Source: Callorhinchus milii
Lineage: Eukaryota
Length of the DNA stretch: 64,000 nucleotides
Assembly: GCF_018977255.1 (NCBI RefSeq)
Contig: NW_024704743.1
Span: 71,922,001-71,986,000, forward strand
Direction of reading: 5' to 3'
A program made the translations under genes and the position numbers. A model generated the notes under the pieces. That model had not been told where the DNA came from. It made no database searches and saw nothing but the letters and a program-made list of their open reading frames with translations. The first letter of the stretch is position 1, and the number at the start of each line of letters is the position of its first letter. Positions 12,330 through 24,407 of this stretch are shown here, piece after piece.

Positions 12330-12980
12330 TAACAACAACAAAATTATATTTGTAAAGCGCCTTTCACGTCAGGAAAACACCCCAAGCCGCTGAACTTTTG
12401 GAGATCAGGACCCGAGCATGGGCGGGCAGGGTTGAGATGAGGGAGGGTAGAGAGGCAGAAGGGCAGCTGAAGGCACAGTCAAAAAGGAGGGCCTTCAGTT
12501 GTGCCTTGAAGAAGCCAATAGAGGGAGCAAAGTGAAGGGATTGTTGAATGGAATTCCAAAGGGTGGGGACAGAGAGACTGAAAGTTGGTTCTCATCCAGG
12601 ACTTGATATCAGACAGTCTGTCAGGACTTCAGTTGTCCTGGAATTAAGGGTGGAGGCAGAGAGAAAAGTTTGGTGTCACCTGCGTACACATCGAAGTTGA
12701 CTCCATATCTATGGGTGATGCCACCGAGGGGCAGCATGTAGAGGTTGAAGAAGGGGAACAACATCAAAGCTTTGAGGAAGAGAAACCATTCTCACATAAG
12801 ACTATGCGGGGGCTGGAACAGAAACCACTGGCGAGACAAATTGGAGATGGTTTGAGAGATAAGACCTGAACCATTCAAGGACAGAACCTTGAAGGGTGAG
12901 GTGAGAGGGGAGGCAGTGGGGGAGGTGGAGTGGTCCACAGTTTCAAGGTGGACAACAGAAGTTTCACTGCCCGTCACATA
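12330..12980 (-). mobile_element. Degenerate, internally deleted L2 LINE
   Basis: (aac)n tail, 3' stem-loop, RT YAGDT (YADDT-like) remnant. Confidence 0.75.
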
Positions 12981-13299
12981 ATAAATACTCAATGCAAAGG
13001 CTAGTGACGAAGAAAGAAAAAAAATAATTCTAAGAGTAACTTCAGCTTAACTTACAAATCAGGGAGAATGTATACAAGAAAAGCATCACAATAAATTAAA
13101 CCTTGTTCACAAAGAGCTCCACCTTCATGCCCCAAAATGTACATTTCCATATCAATGTAAACAATGTATCTAATGTCAACTTTAAACTGTAGAACAGATA
13201 AATGGTCTAAAAACAAGAAACAGAAACACAGATTTACTGTAAATACAATGCCTAATTATCCAAATCTAATTTTTTAAAAATATTTAAATGAATACTTAC

Positions 13300-13473
13300 T
13301 GTAAATGACCACTTTATACAAGTGATTTTCAAGTGGAGTCTTGTGAAGTAAATTAAGTAGAACATTAAAGCCATAATAAGAAACCATATAGCGACAATTT
13401 CAAAGTAACGGTAAGTTGAGTAGTTTGTCCACAATGAACAGTGCACACATACAAATGCTATCAACAGCACACC
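13300..13473 (-). CDS. CMTM7: CMTM7 coding exon 2 (GVLLIAFVCVHCSLWTNYSTYRYFEIV...TCIKWSFT)
   Basis: ttgcag acceptor, gtaagt donor, 174 nt. SLWTNYS.Y.YFE motif characteristic of CMTM7. Confidence 0.95.
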
Positions 13474-13602
13474 CTGCAACAAGAGGAAAGTCATTCTCAG
13501 GATTAAACTATAAACATTCTTCATAATAAATATAAAAGGAATGGCAAACATCTACAATGTATTAAATCAAACTGATGAGACCTACAATTATTTCAGAGCG
13601 TA

Positions 13603-13862
13603 CAATACAACAAGATTGCATTTATAGAGCGCCTTTCAGGTCGGGAGGACGTCCCAAGGCGCTGGACAGTTGGATCGAGACCCGAGCAGGGGGGGAAATG
13701 GTCAGGGGGAGGGAAGGGAGGGAGCGAGGAGGGGGTAGAGAGTCGAGAGGGGAGGTGAAGGCACAGTTGTTCTATGAGGACATCGCTGTGCTTAGTGTGG
13801 ATTGTAGAGTCGAGAGGGGAGCTGAAGGCATGGTCAAAGAGAAAGGTCTTGAGACCGGCCTT
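13603..13862 (-). mobile_element. L2 3' end
   Basis: LKTFLFDHAF remnant and gggacgtcctcccga stem-loop tail. Confidence 0.8.
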
Positions 13863-14699
13863 ATTACATATTACATTAATCAATATTACATAGAAAACGT
13901 ATACATTTGTGTTATGGGGTAAGATCTTTAATGTTACAATAACACTACGATCAACACCGGGGCATAGTTATCCTCTGATGACTATCAATATAATGTGGAT
14001 CTGCCTTTAACTTGTATTTGCTCCTCTCAGAATTCAAATAGGTTTGGAAAATGTGACAAATTCCTTTTGAAGTCACATTACAGATCTTTATAACAGGGCT
14101 ATTTAGATGATCATTGATTACATCTCATATTATGATCTTAAGCATTTCCACACTACTCATGAGGTTTGTGCCTTTCTGGGTTTATTTTGAATACTGACAC
14201 ATTGTAAAACTGACACATTGTAAACATATGTATCAATTCACCAACCATCCTCTGTACAACTTACAATATCAAAAAACTGTGCCCAAATCTTAACACTATT
14301 CTCAACTGACATTCACCTATTCAGGATGGCTCAAAGCACTTCACACAGGATTTACTGTAAAGTGTAGTGACCGTGTATTTTATAAGCAAACAGAGGGAGA
14401 AAGAGGTGCAGAATTAGAGTTATATGTATTTATACTAAAAAAAACATGTCTGGGAATATGGCAGAGTAGCTGAAACCGGTTGCATGCCCAATGTGTGCCA
14501 TTTGGGAACTCCAGGATGCTTTATGTGCCCTGAACAGTTGCTCGACGGCTGCTCGAGCTTGAGCGCAGAATTTCTGAGCTCGAGGAGAGGCTGGCATCAT
14601 TACATAGTGTACAGGAGGCTGAAGAGTTCATGGAACGTTTTAGGAGGTGGTCACCACACAGTCACACAGAATTCAGAAGGAGAGTGAGTGGGTGACCAC

Positions 14700-15422
14700 C
14701 CGGCATGGTAGGAAGAGGGGTCAAGCAGTGCAGAAATCCCATGAGAGTGTGGCACTCACAAACCAGTTCTCTGTACTGAATGATAACACTTCTGGGGAGG
14801 GGAGTCAAAACAAATAGATGCACAGAGGGACACAGGGAAGAGTGTCAATGCAATTGTTATGTATTTATGTATGGGGACACAATAGTGAAAGGAATGGACA
14901 GGCGTTTCTGCAACCAAAGACGTGACTCTTGCATGGAACGTTTTCTCCCTGGTGCCAGGGTTGAAGACATCACAGAATAGGTGCAAAACCAAACACAATA
15001 ATAAATTGGTCATTTTCAATCTACGACTGTTTGTGGGACATTGCTCTGCGCAATTGGCTGCCGCGTTTGCCCACAAATATACAGTCAATTCACTTTACAG
15101 TGTGTTCTGTGAAGCGCTTTGGGACGTCCTCCCGACGTGAAAAGCGCTATATCAAATGCAAGGATTATTATTATTATTATTAAGGGGAACATCCAGAAGT
15201 CGTGATCCATGTTGGGATCCATGACGTAGGGAAAAAAAGGGCTGAGATCCTACAGGGAGTGTCAAAAGTTGAAGAGCAGAATCTCAAGGGTGGTGATCTC
15301 TGGATTATGGAGAGAGAGCCGGGGAGTGGGATTGATTTGGATAGCTCTTTTCAAAGAGCAAGCAGAGACAGGATGGGCTGAGTGGCCTCCTTCTGTGCTG
15401 TATAATTCTACGATCCTATGAT
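14700..15422 (+). mobile_element. Internally deleted CR1 (ORF1 SGNH-esterase remnant joined to the CR1 3' tail), interrupted by a 5'-truncated SINE at ~14985-15182
   Basis: GDTIVKGMDRRFC..RDS...LPGARVEDI, then EVVIHVG and LKSRISRVVISGL. CR1 tail ggatgggctgagtggcctccttctgtgctgta..ttctacgatcctatga. Confidence 0.75.
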
Positions 15423-16056
15423 AGACATGGCGCAGAGCAGTTGGAAGACAGACAGCAGCTAGTCCAGCCCTTCCTAAAATTCCACCCGTTCTCAAATTTT
15501 AACAACTTAAACAAAGATATAACTGATTAACAACAACAACAACTTGGATTTATAGAGCGCCCTCCACGCCGGACGGCGTCTCAAGAGCACTTTACAGTAA
15601 TAGATCCAGGGACCGAGCCACGGGGGGAGGGGAGAAGGTGACGAAAGGCGCGGTCCAAAAAGAAAGGTTATGCAATTAAACCACATTGGGTTTTTTCGAA
15701 AAAAAAGTGTGGAAACTTTTGACCTGAAACTGGAAACCAGACGATGCCGCACCGAGAATGTTAAGCTTTTTGGCAAACACTGTGCAGATTTTTTTTGTAA
15801 ATAAAAAAATATATTTGAAAATAACACCCCCCCTCCCTCCCCCCCCACCACCACCACCACCAAAAAAAAATAAAAGTAAACCCTGGTCAAAAGCAAAACG
15901 AAGGCAGCAAAGAGAGCAAATTGAAAGTTAAAGCTAAGGGAGGCGCCCCCTCCCCTCCTCCCCTCCTCCTCCCTCCAAGTGCAGCCTTGGCTTCCGTTAT
16001 TCCAACTTCCTCAATGGTGGAGGGGTTTGCAGAGAGAGGGAGAAAGTGAAACCTAC

Positions 16057-16191
16057 CGCTTGAATAAGCTTCAGAAAGCCATCGCTGGATTTCATGTAGT
16101 TTCTGTCTATGCAACTGGTGGTGCTGCTGGTGGTGGTGGTGGTGATGGTGGTGGTGGTGGACTGCTCCATACTCCCTCCCTGTCTCACCAT
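16057..16191 (-). CDS. CMTM7: CMTM7 coding exon 1 (MVRQGGS-MEQSTTTTITTTTTSSTTSCIDRNYMKSSDGFLKLIQA)
   Basis: Two in-frame ATGs (16191 and 16170), both in good Kozak context; gtaggt donor at 16056. D..Y.....G.LK..Q is the MARVEL N-terminal motif. Adjacent to a CpG-rich region. Which ATG is used is uncertain. Confidence 0.88.
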
Positions 16192-16194
16192 CAC

Positions 16195-16830
16195 TCACAC
16201 AGGGACCTCGCGCGCCTCTCCCGGGCACCCCCTCCCGATGATTGACAGCTGCACCGGATCCCTCACCGCGCATGCGCTGATGGCTCCCCCCCCCCAGGAA
16301 ATGAAATGAAATGCTATGTTTCATTTAAATTGGTCATTTTCAATCCACGACTGTTTGTGGGGCATTGCTGTGCGCAATTGGCTGCCGCGTTCGCCCACAA
16401 ATATACAGTCGATCCGCTTTACAGTGTGTTCTGTGAAGCGCTTTGGGACGTCCTCCCGACGTGAAAAGCGCTGTATCAAATGCAAGGATTATTATTATGT
16501 TCAACAGAGTCGGGGTGGGGGTCGGGCAGCGAAACTGGGACTTGACCCACAAAACGCTCGGCCGGTCCATGCAACGTGTTCCGTGAAGCGCTTCGGGGCG
16601 ACGCGCGCTGTATCGAGTGCAAGCGCCGTTATTATTATTATTATTTTGCGACGTGTCACGTTCGGCGAACCTCCCGTTTCGCTTTCAGCAGCCAACCGCC
16701 AGCCTCGGTGCTGTCGCTGGAACGGGAAATGCAATTGAAGGCGGTCGTGGGTTCGAGCCCCGTTTCCAGGACTGTGAACTCGGCAGTTTAGGCTGACGCT
16801 CCGGTGCGGTATTGTGCTGTTGGGAGATGC
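16195..16830 (-). promoter_or_regulatory. CMTM7 promoter / CpG-rich island
   Basis: High CpG density directly upstream of exon 1. NRF1-type GCGCATGCGC at 16268-16277 and PBX-PKNOX-type TGATTGACAG at 16239-16248. Confidence 0.65.
16326..16498 (+). mobile_element. 5'-truncated Deu-type SINE in the CMTM7 promoter
   Basis: Deu core and tail match the family consensus. Confidence 0.85.
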
Positions 16831-17079
16831 CGTCCTTTGCCTGAGATGAGGGTTTCTCCCAGTTGTTCTGGCCAACATCCCTCACAGCTAGGGTGGTCCT
16901 AGCTAGATAAACAGACAGTGCTTTCAATGGCAAGCTACAATAATAATAATAATCCTTGCATTTGATAGGTGGGAGTCCTGTGGCGTATGGGTTAGAACAC
17001 TCGCCTCACAAGCGAGAGGACCTGGGGTTGATTCTCAGGCAGGGTGAAATGGTAGGCAAGTTTGCTTACTCCACATGCC

Positions 17080-17730
17080 TCCTTCAAGGCATACCTCAAG
17101 ACCCTCATCTTCGACCGTGCCTTCGGCCACCCTCCTAACATCTCTGCCTTCCACCCTCCCTGATCCCAACCCACCTGGATTTTTCCATTTCCACCACGTT
17201 GTCCACCTCCGTCCGTACTTCACAACTGACACAGTTGAGGTACGGACGAGGTGGACAACGCGGCTTTCGTCATGTCCTCCTAGCTGGTCTCCCCAGCTCT
17301 ACCGTACAGAAAATCCAATTAATTCAAAACTCCACCACCCAGATATTCAACTGCTCGAAACTCGTACCCCCATCACACCCTGCCAAGCTCCACTGGTTCC
17401 CAATCACTGAACAGATCGACTTCAAGATCCTCTCATGCGTTTTCAAATCCCTTCATGCCCTCGCACCTCCCTACTTATCCGAACTGCTTACCCCCCATTT
17501 TACCACCCACTGCCTCTGCTCATCTGGCTCCGACCTTCTGTTTGACCCTCATAACCCTCCACTCCACCATCGGTGGCCGTGCCTCCAGCCACTACGCCCC
17601 AGAACTCTGGAATTCTTTTCCTCCATCCCTCTGCCTTCAAATTCCATCTAAAGACCTTCCTTTTTGATCGTGCTTACGGTAAGCTCCCACCACCCTCTCC
17701 CCCTGACTTATCAGACTCCACCACTGTGAA
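17080..17730 (+). mobile_element. Degenerate L2 LINE 3' fragment
   Basis: KIQLIQNS..., LHWFPITEQIDFKIL, FKSLHALAPPYLSELL. Confidence 0.85.
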
Positions 17731-20700
17731 GCAAATTTTCTTATGCGGTGTCGTATGCAAATTTGCTGCAAAAATACCCCCAATGGAAATATTATCTGCT
17801 TCATTAGTATTCTGTTATTGTGAGCTGGTTTCATAATAATTAATTCCACAATAAGAGGCTTTGCCAGCTTCATTTTTCACTTATGTTAAATCATTGTGTG
17901 TAAAACTTGTAGGCACGATACACTACTAAACACACTACTGAAATATTTTGGTGGTAAACCAGAGTAAACCCACTTATAAAAATGAAGCATTAGATGCAGA
18001 GAATTTAGGATTTAACAATAACAACAACAATCGTATATAGGATTTAATTCATGTCTGTTCATTTCTAGGCTCCTGGTGTGATATAAATTTTCTCAACAAA
18101 TTTTCCCCCCTCCCCCAGATTTATTTCTTAAGAATGTCTACTCCGGTGTGTTTGAGAAAAATGCTCCTTTCCCGCATTGAATAGTTTCTACACTATCTTG
18201 TAATGGACTGATTCATTGTTTCAGAAAGGTTCTTTTGATGAGTTTATTCTGGAGTAAACTTCCAGCTCTCTCTCCTCCTTTGATTCATTACAAAAACTAG
18301 GATTAGATACATGGACAGATTTATGTCCATGTTTTATCTGACACAAAAATTGTATAAATTAATTCAAATTCTACTTTACTTTGCAAATGGAGCAGACTGT
18401 TTTTCTGGAAGCAGAAAAATTAATAATCCCAATCCTTGTTTTTATGTAGCTCCTTTAACATATTGTCAAAACATCTCAAAACATTTCACAGAAATAGATT
18501 TTAATTTAATACATTAAATTCCCAAAGTAAATAAACTGGCTTAGTTAATGCTACTAGCAAACCAGCAAACTGTAATGTGTATTTTTATGTTTTTAGTTTA
18601 TGCACAGTATCTCTGGAATGAATATAATAGAACTATTTATTTACTTTTATTGTGGAAGTGGCCAAATTATTTCCAAGTTCTCTACAGTCTGACGCTCCAA
18701 AGGCAAAGTTTAACAGTTTGCTTCAACTCCTTCCATTTGTTTGAGATAACAGAAGTGGGACAAATGTAACCAGTACTAAATGATACAATTGTAACCAGCC
18801 ATGAGAAAAGGTTGATTCACAAATGTTACATTTTAATAAATGGAGCTGTACAACACTCAAGTTTAATACAGGCAAAACCATCGCTGTATAACACTATTTT
18901 GTTTACGAAATGTGGACCATACAGTAAACCTATCGTCCGGCACTATCTAACCAGCCACACATGTTAAAACATGGCCAACTTCCTTGTTGTCGAGGTCAGG
19001 GTTGATTACCACTGATGTAATTTTCTTCTGCATTTTGCAGCTGCCTCCTAAATACCGCAAACACTTCCTGCATTCTTCACATGGATGCTATGAAATAAAA
19101 TACAATTTACACTTAAGTACCACCCTTCACAATAGGAGGATGTTAAAAAAGCGCATGACATTCTTCCTGGGCACCTGAGCTGAGGATGGGAGCTGAGGAG
19201 GGGAAAGTGACCGAGTTAACAAGGTATGTTTTGAGGCGTATCTTGAAAGAAGGGAGGGAGGGAGCAACTCGGAGGAACTTGGGAATGGAGTTCCAGAGAG
19301 GCAATGCTACATAGCTGAAAGTCTGTCTGCCGATGGTGGGTTAGAGAGCGCGGAGACTCGGACCGGAGTAGGCCAATGTCAGCCCGAGTGAACGGAACAG
19401 CTGGGTTGGTAAACAGTGCTATACTCAGCAAGTTATGTCAGTGACAACCTAATGATCCACTAGTTGGACATTTTTTCATGCTTTGCTTATAGTAGAATCT
19501 CTAGATTCTGAGCTATTGGTCCCAGAGAACACTTTATAATGATGTTCCCAGAATGTAGGAATTAGTAGAACGTAGAATTCCCTAAACCTCTATCCCAGGG
19601 ATGCAATTTGAGGCCTGAATTCCAGTCTGACACTTTCTAGCACACCCAAGAGGCCTCAGACCTGGGGCACTCACTTGGTAAAAAGCTAACTTGTGTAACG
19701 TTAATTTGTGTAGTGAAAGTGTGAGAATATTGTTCCTTCTTGGCAGATCAACCCTGTAAAAACATTAACAAAACAAACCTTGGAAGCCATTGTATAGTTT
19801 ACATTTGCACTTGATTTGTTTCAAAATGAAATCCATAATAGCAACAAGGATCTGAAAAGGTACAAACCATGTACTTGAAGGTGTGTTGCCACCTAGTGGT
19901 TGATGTTTAATGTCAAAGATAGTTATGAAAAGTCATTAACTTTATCCTCCATGGGTCTTAAGGCTAAGACCGTGGGATATTTGGGACCTGCTGGAAAGTT
20001 CATATTGACATTATATCTAACAATGAACATTTTTTTTATCCTCCTTTTCTCAATTCTAGAAATAGTTACCACGCAGCATGATACATATATGTTAGGGTTT
20101 TGGCCCAAAGGGCTGGGGACATGCAACACCTTCAGATCCAATTGGTGAGTCAGATGAGGTGGTCAACCATCAACAGTTCCTTGGATTACAATAGATATGT
20201 TTGGCTTTACCAGAGGGAACTCCTCAAAGCAGGTTCAGTCATAGAACCATAGACTTCCACCACATAGAGGAAAGCCATTCAATCTCTTGTGGCTGTGCTG
20301 GCTTCCTCAAGAGCAAAACTTTCAGTTCCACTTACATGCCTTTTCTCCATATTCGCGTAGCTGACTCTTTTAAAGGTTTCTGTCTAGTTCCCTCTTGAAG
20401 GTCCTTATTGACTTTGCCTCAACTACCACTCCTGGCAGGGCAATCCATATTCTGACTACTCTGTGTTTGTGAAAAAAGGGTTGTTCATTTTATCAACCTG
20501 GAAGAGTGAAGAGCTGATCCCACATCAACTTAAAATTAGTACCATGAAGAAGATGGGGGGGGGGAGCAGTACTGCTTACAGTAATAATTTGGATGGTGTC
20601 CTTGTTCTAAAGACACTTTCTGAAATTATTTTCACAGAAATAGTGAGTTTGCTCAGTAATGCATCATAGCAATGATTCCTTAGCAACTAATTTAAAATGA

Positions 20701-21971
20701 CTTGAAAGTCAGTTTTCCATGGTTTGTTGAACTTACAGTCTAGGCTACCACTCCAGTGCAATGCTGGACCAATCTATCACAGGTTTCTTTCTTCAGGTAA
20801 GGTGTTAAACTGAGGTCCCGTGGGCCTGTTCAATTGGTCTGGCCAACAATCTCCCAGATAAAACTGTCCATTCACTTCATGGCTGTTTGTGGTTCACTGC
20901 TTTGTGCATATTGACCACAATGTTCACCTACAAATAGGCAACTCTAAATCCCGTCCAAGGCTTTGAACATCTTGATGGTATGATAAGGCATTGCATTAAA
21001 TGCAAGGATTATTATATTTTGTAAACTTGCATTCACAATCCAAGAAGACAGAAGTACACTGTGGAGAAGTGGTCGCAGTGAGATTTATGATCAAGAGGGC
21101 CTCCACTTTAAGGCCATTGAAAATGTTTCTTTTAAAAAGTAACATGAAACCAAATATAAAATATTTTAAAATAAAAATCCTGAAGACCTTCCTCTTCGAC
21201 TGTGCCTACGGTCACCTTCCCCCTCCCCCTGGCTCGGCCTCAGTCTCCGCCATTGTTAAGTGCTCTGAGACACCGACTGGCGTGGAGGGCGCTATATAAA
21301 TGCAACTTATTGTTGTTGTTGTAAGCCACATTGTGAAATCAAATGAGTGAGACTTGGCAGACCTGCAGGATTGCATATATTCCACCAGGGAGATTTAAAC
21401 GTCATTACTTAGATTTCAGACATGCATTCTGTAACAAGTGCCAGCTTTTAAATAAACACTTCACTGAAAGCTATATGACAGTTCCATTTGGCTTATTTCT
21501 TATCGGTAAGTTATTTGTAAGTGCTTCAAGACGCTATGCTAAGTGAAAGGCGTTTATAAATGCAAGTTATTGTTGTTGTAATAAGGAATTTCCCATTGAT
21601 CAACAGGAATTTTGCCAGGATTCCCTTTTGTGGAATTCTGTGGAGAACTAGAGGGCTTTTGGAACTTAATCTCATTGAATCCGGGTTGGCTTAGTCTACT
21701 GTGGACCCACACTATTAATGGTAGCACAGTATCCCTGGCTCCTGGCACTGACTAGTCGGTATCCCCGCATTGCAAAATAGTCGACTTTCGAAATTTCAGT
21801 TCATTGTTGACATCAGTTTTTTACATATTCCAAAGTGTGAACAGGAAGCTTTGCTGATATCACTTCCTGCACACTTATGTGCAGGACGTGCTATTGATGT
21901 CCTCAGTTCAGTTACTGAATGAGGAGCCTTGAGGTGCTATTACCTGTCTTCCAATCATAGTAATAATACTA

Positions 21972-22293
21972 AATAATAATAATAATCCTTGCATTTGATA
22001 TAGCGCTTTTCACGTCTTCTCGACGTCCCAAAGCGCTTCACAGAATATACTGTCAAGTGAATTGACTGTATATTTGTGGGCAAACGCAGCAGCCAATTGC
22101 GCACAGCAATGTCCCACAGACAGTCATGGATTGAAAATGACCAATTTATTATTGTTTTTGTTTTTTTGGAGGGATTATTATTAGGCGTGTGGAGTAAGGA
22201 AACTTACCCAAGGTTTCGCCCTCTGCCTGGAATTGAACTCGGGTCTCTCACTTGCAAAGCGAGTGCTCTAACCACTGAGCTACAGGACTCCAC
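21972..22293 (-). mobile_element. Full-length young Deu-type SINE
   Basis: Family consensus from head to (tat)n tail. Confidence 0.92.
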
Positions 22294-23360
22294 AAAGTAA
22301 GCATACATCCTATTTAGCAATCACAGAGTACTGGCAATAGTTCTAATAGACAATTGCAGCCCCCCCCCTGCCATGGACACGGAGGCTGTGCAGAGATGAG
22401 CACGGTGTGAATGTGTAGTACAAATTACGAGCAGCCACATTGTGAAGAAAAAAGTTACAACTTGATATTGATGGTGGCAAAAGGGTCTGACTGTGGCCAA
22501 TACTGTAGAGATAGATGGATTGACAATTGGCTTGCTATGCTGCAAGTGCAGCATTTCTCCCACACAGCCACGGAATAGTTCTCAACTCAAGAGTTTCAGC
22601 TTTCACAGCTGTTTTTGGCTACATATTGGTCAGTAGGCCCAAGGCAAACATAAGAGAAAAACCAAATGGGTTAAAAAATAATTTATCAGCAAACATCGTG
22701 TGCCACAGTCATGATTTCTGATGGTAACAACCTGCTCACAGTGAGAGAGGAGAAAAGGAAGGGAACAGTTCAGAATTTTTTTATAACAAACCATACATTC
22801 ACAAGCTACGCAACACAAACTAATCCCTACAATGGGGGGGAACTGGACATCACCACATTTTAGATGCCATGGTCAGCAAACTGCTTTCCACAAATAACTG
22901 AGAACTTTGTACAAAGAGCAGTCACAACAGCAATGATACGTAACAAAGCTTCTCCAATGTTTAGTAGCACAAGAATGACAGTGCAAGAGGACATTTGGCC
23001 ATTGAGCATATGCTGGTGCTAGCTCCTGCCTTGTATTCTTGTATTACTAATTGGGAACGCATCACACACAAAGTAGAATTCAGTGGTAAAATCGTGGACC
23101 ACTTTGACACTTTTTGAATATATTAAACAAAAAGATAAGTTCACAATCTAATGTAATAAGTAGATTTTTCAACAGCATGTCTTAAATAAACTGCTGGAAT
23201 GTAACTAACAAATGGAATGTAACTAACACTGAGCCAAATTAGCCACCATAATAGTGCATCATCTTCACAAACTTTCACTTCTAAAGGGGACTCTTCAAAT
23301 TTCATTTGTCCATGGTATTTCTTTCCAGTTATCAAGAGATGGTTTCAAAACACTTTCATA

Positions 23361-23447
23361 TTAAGGGCCTTCGTCCTTGGATCTCCAAGTCTGAAAACTA
23401 AGAAATGTATTTCCAGAATAGCAGAGCGTCACAATGAAAGCGAAAAA
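23361..23447 (-). CDS. CMTM8: CMTM8 coding exon 4 (FFAFIVTLCYSGNTFLSFQTWRSKDEGP*)
   Basis: tctcttacag acceptor, TAA at 23363-23361. Matches human FFAFLVTICYAGNTYFSFIAWRSR. Confidence 0.94.
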   Translation of the reverse strand, partial: FFAFIVTLCYSGNTFLSFQTWRSKDEGP

Positions 23448-24287
23448 CTGTAAGAGAGAAAAAATGCATTTCAGTTCATTTAAACTTACTGAAATATACT
23501 ATTTTTGATAATAATTGTTAAAATATGCATGATCAGGTTGTATCAGCTAATGGTATAATAATAGTAATAATGATAATAATCCTTGCATTTGATATAGTGT
23601 CTTATCACGTCATTGAGATGTCTCAAAGAGCTTTGCAGAATATACTGTAAAATGAATCAACTGTAATATTAAAGCAAGATAGGCTGAAAACTAAATAACA
23701 GCGTAATTATGTTATCTTTGAAAAGTAACATACAGTACAGTGTAATATTATTATTTTAACATAATAATTCCTGTTATTTTCTGTTCAAGATCCTCGGACA
23801 AACGGAGACAAACACTGGGGGTAGTAAGCTCCTGGACAACTTGGCAAAAGGAAGGTGCAGAGAATTCAGCTACGGAGTGAGACTCCACATGACCCTCAAT
23901 CAGCCCAAGGTGAAGAGTAATTCATCAGAAGATCTCACTGACTCCAGCACTTACTGGAATATAGTCAGTTTGGAGCAGTTGTAGTGGCAAATAGGGGTAA
24001 ATGTTTCAACCTGTTTGACGCACCCTTGGAGCTCCAACTAAGATATAACAACAACAACATTACATTTGCATAGTGCCTTTCACATTGGGAGGACGTCCTT
24101 TAGAAGGAAATAGTTACCTCCTGATAACTCCACCCTGGATTAACCACTTAAGTCATTATGCTGTCAATATTCAAGCTGCATTTATTTATGTATACATGCC
24201 TAACTCACCACTCCTGATAACTTGTCAATGAGGCTTTTTCACTTGGAGCAATGAGTTATCAGGAGTTTACTGGTTATGATCACTCAC

Positions 24288-24407
24288 CGAAGATGCTGCC
24301 CAGTTATTGTAGTTCAAAGAGCCTTGAGCAGCCTGTTTAACTGAAACTGCGTCCACAATAGAGGCAATAAGGTAAAACAGAGCAGCACTGGCGTTAAAGC
24401 ACAAACC
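24288..24407 (-). CDS. CMTM8: CMTM8 coding exon 3 (GLCFNASAALFYLIASIVDAVSVKQAAQGSLNYNNWAASS)
   Basis: ttgcag acceptor, gtgagt donor, 120 nt. Matches human GLCFNGSAFVLYL...NFNSWAASS. Confidence 0.95.

Noticed and set aside
13565..13610. Hammerhead ribozyme core CTGATGA (also at ~49644)
   Set aside because: No stem II followed by GAAA, and no stem I/III pairing was found.
15887..16324. 145-aa ORF with a poly-His tract
   Set aside because: Alternative frame of the (ACC)n repeat in CMTM7 exon 1; the Thr frame is the one that splices correctly.
22145..22150. SINE-supplied AATAAA as the CMTM8 poly(A) signal
   Set aside because: The motif is part of the SINE family consensus, and nothing here shows it is used without 3'-end data.
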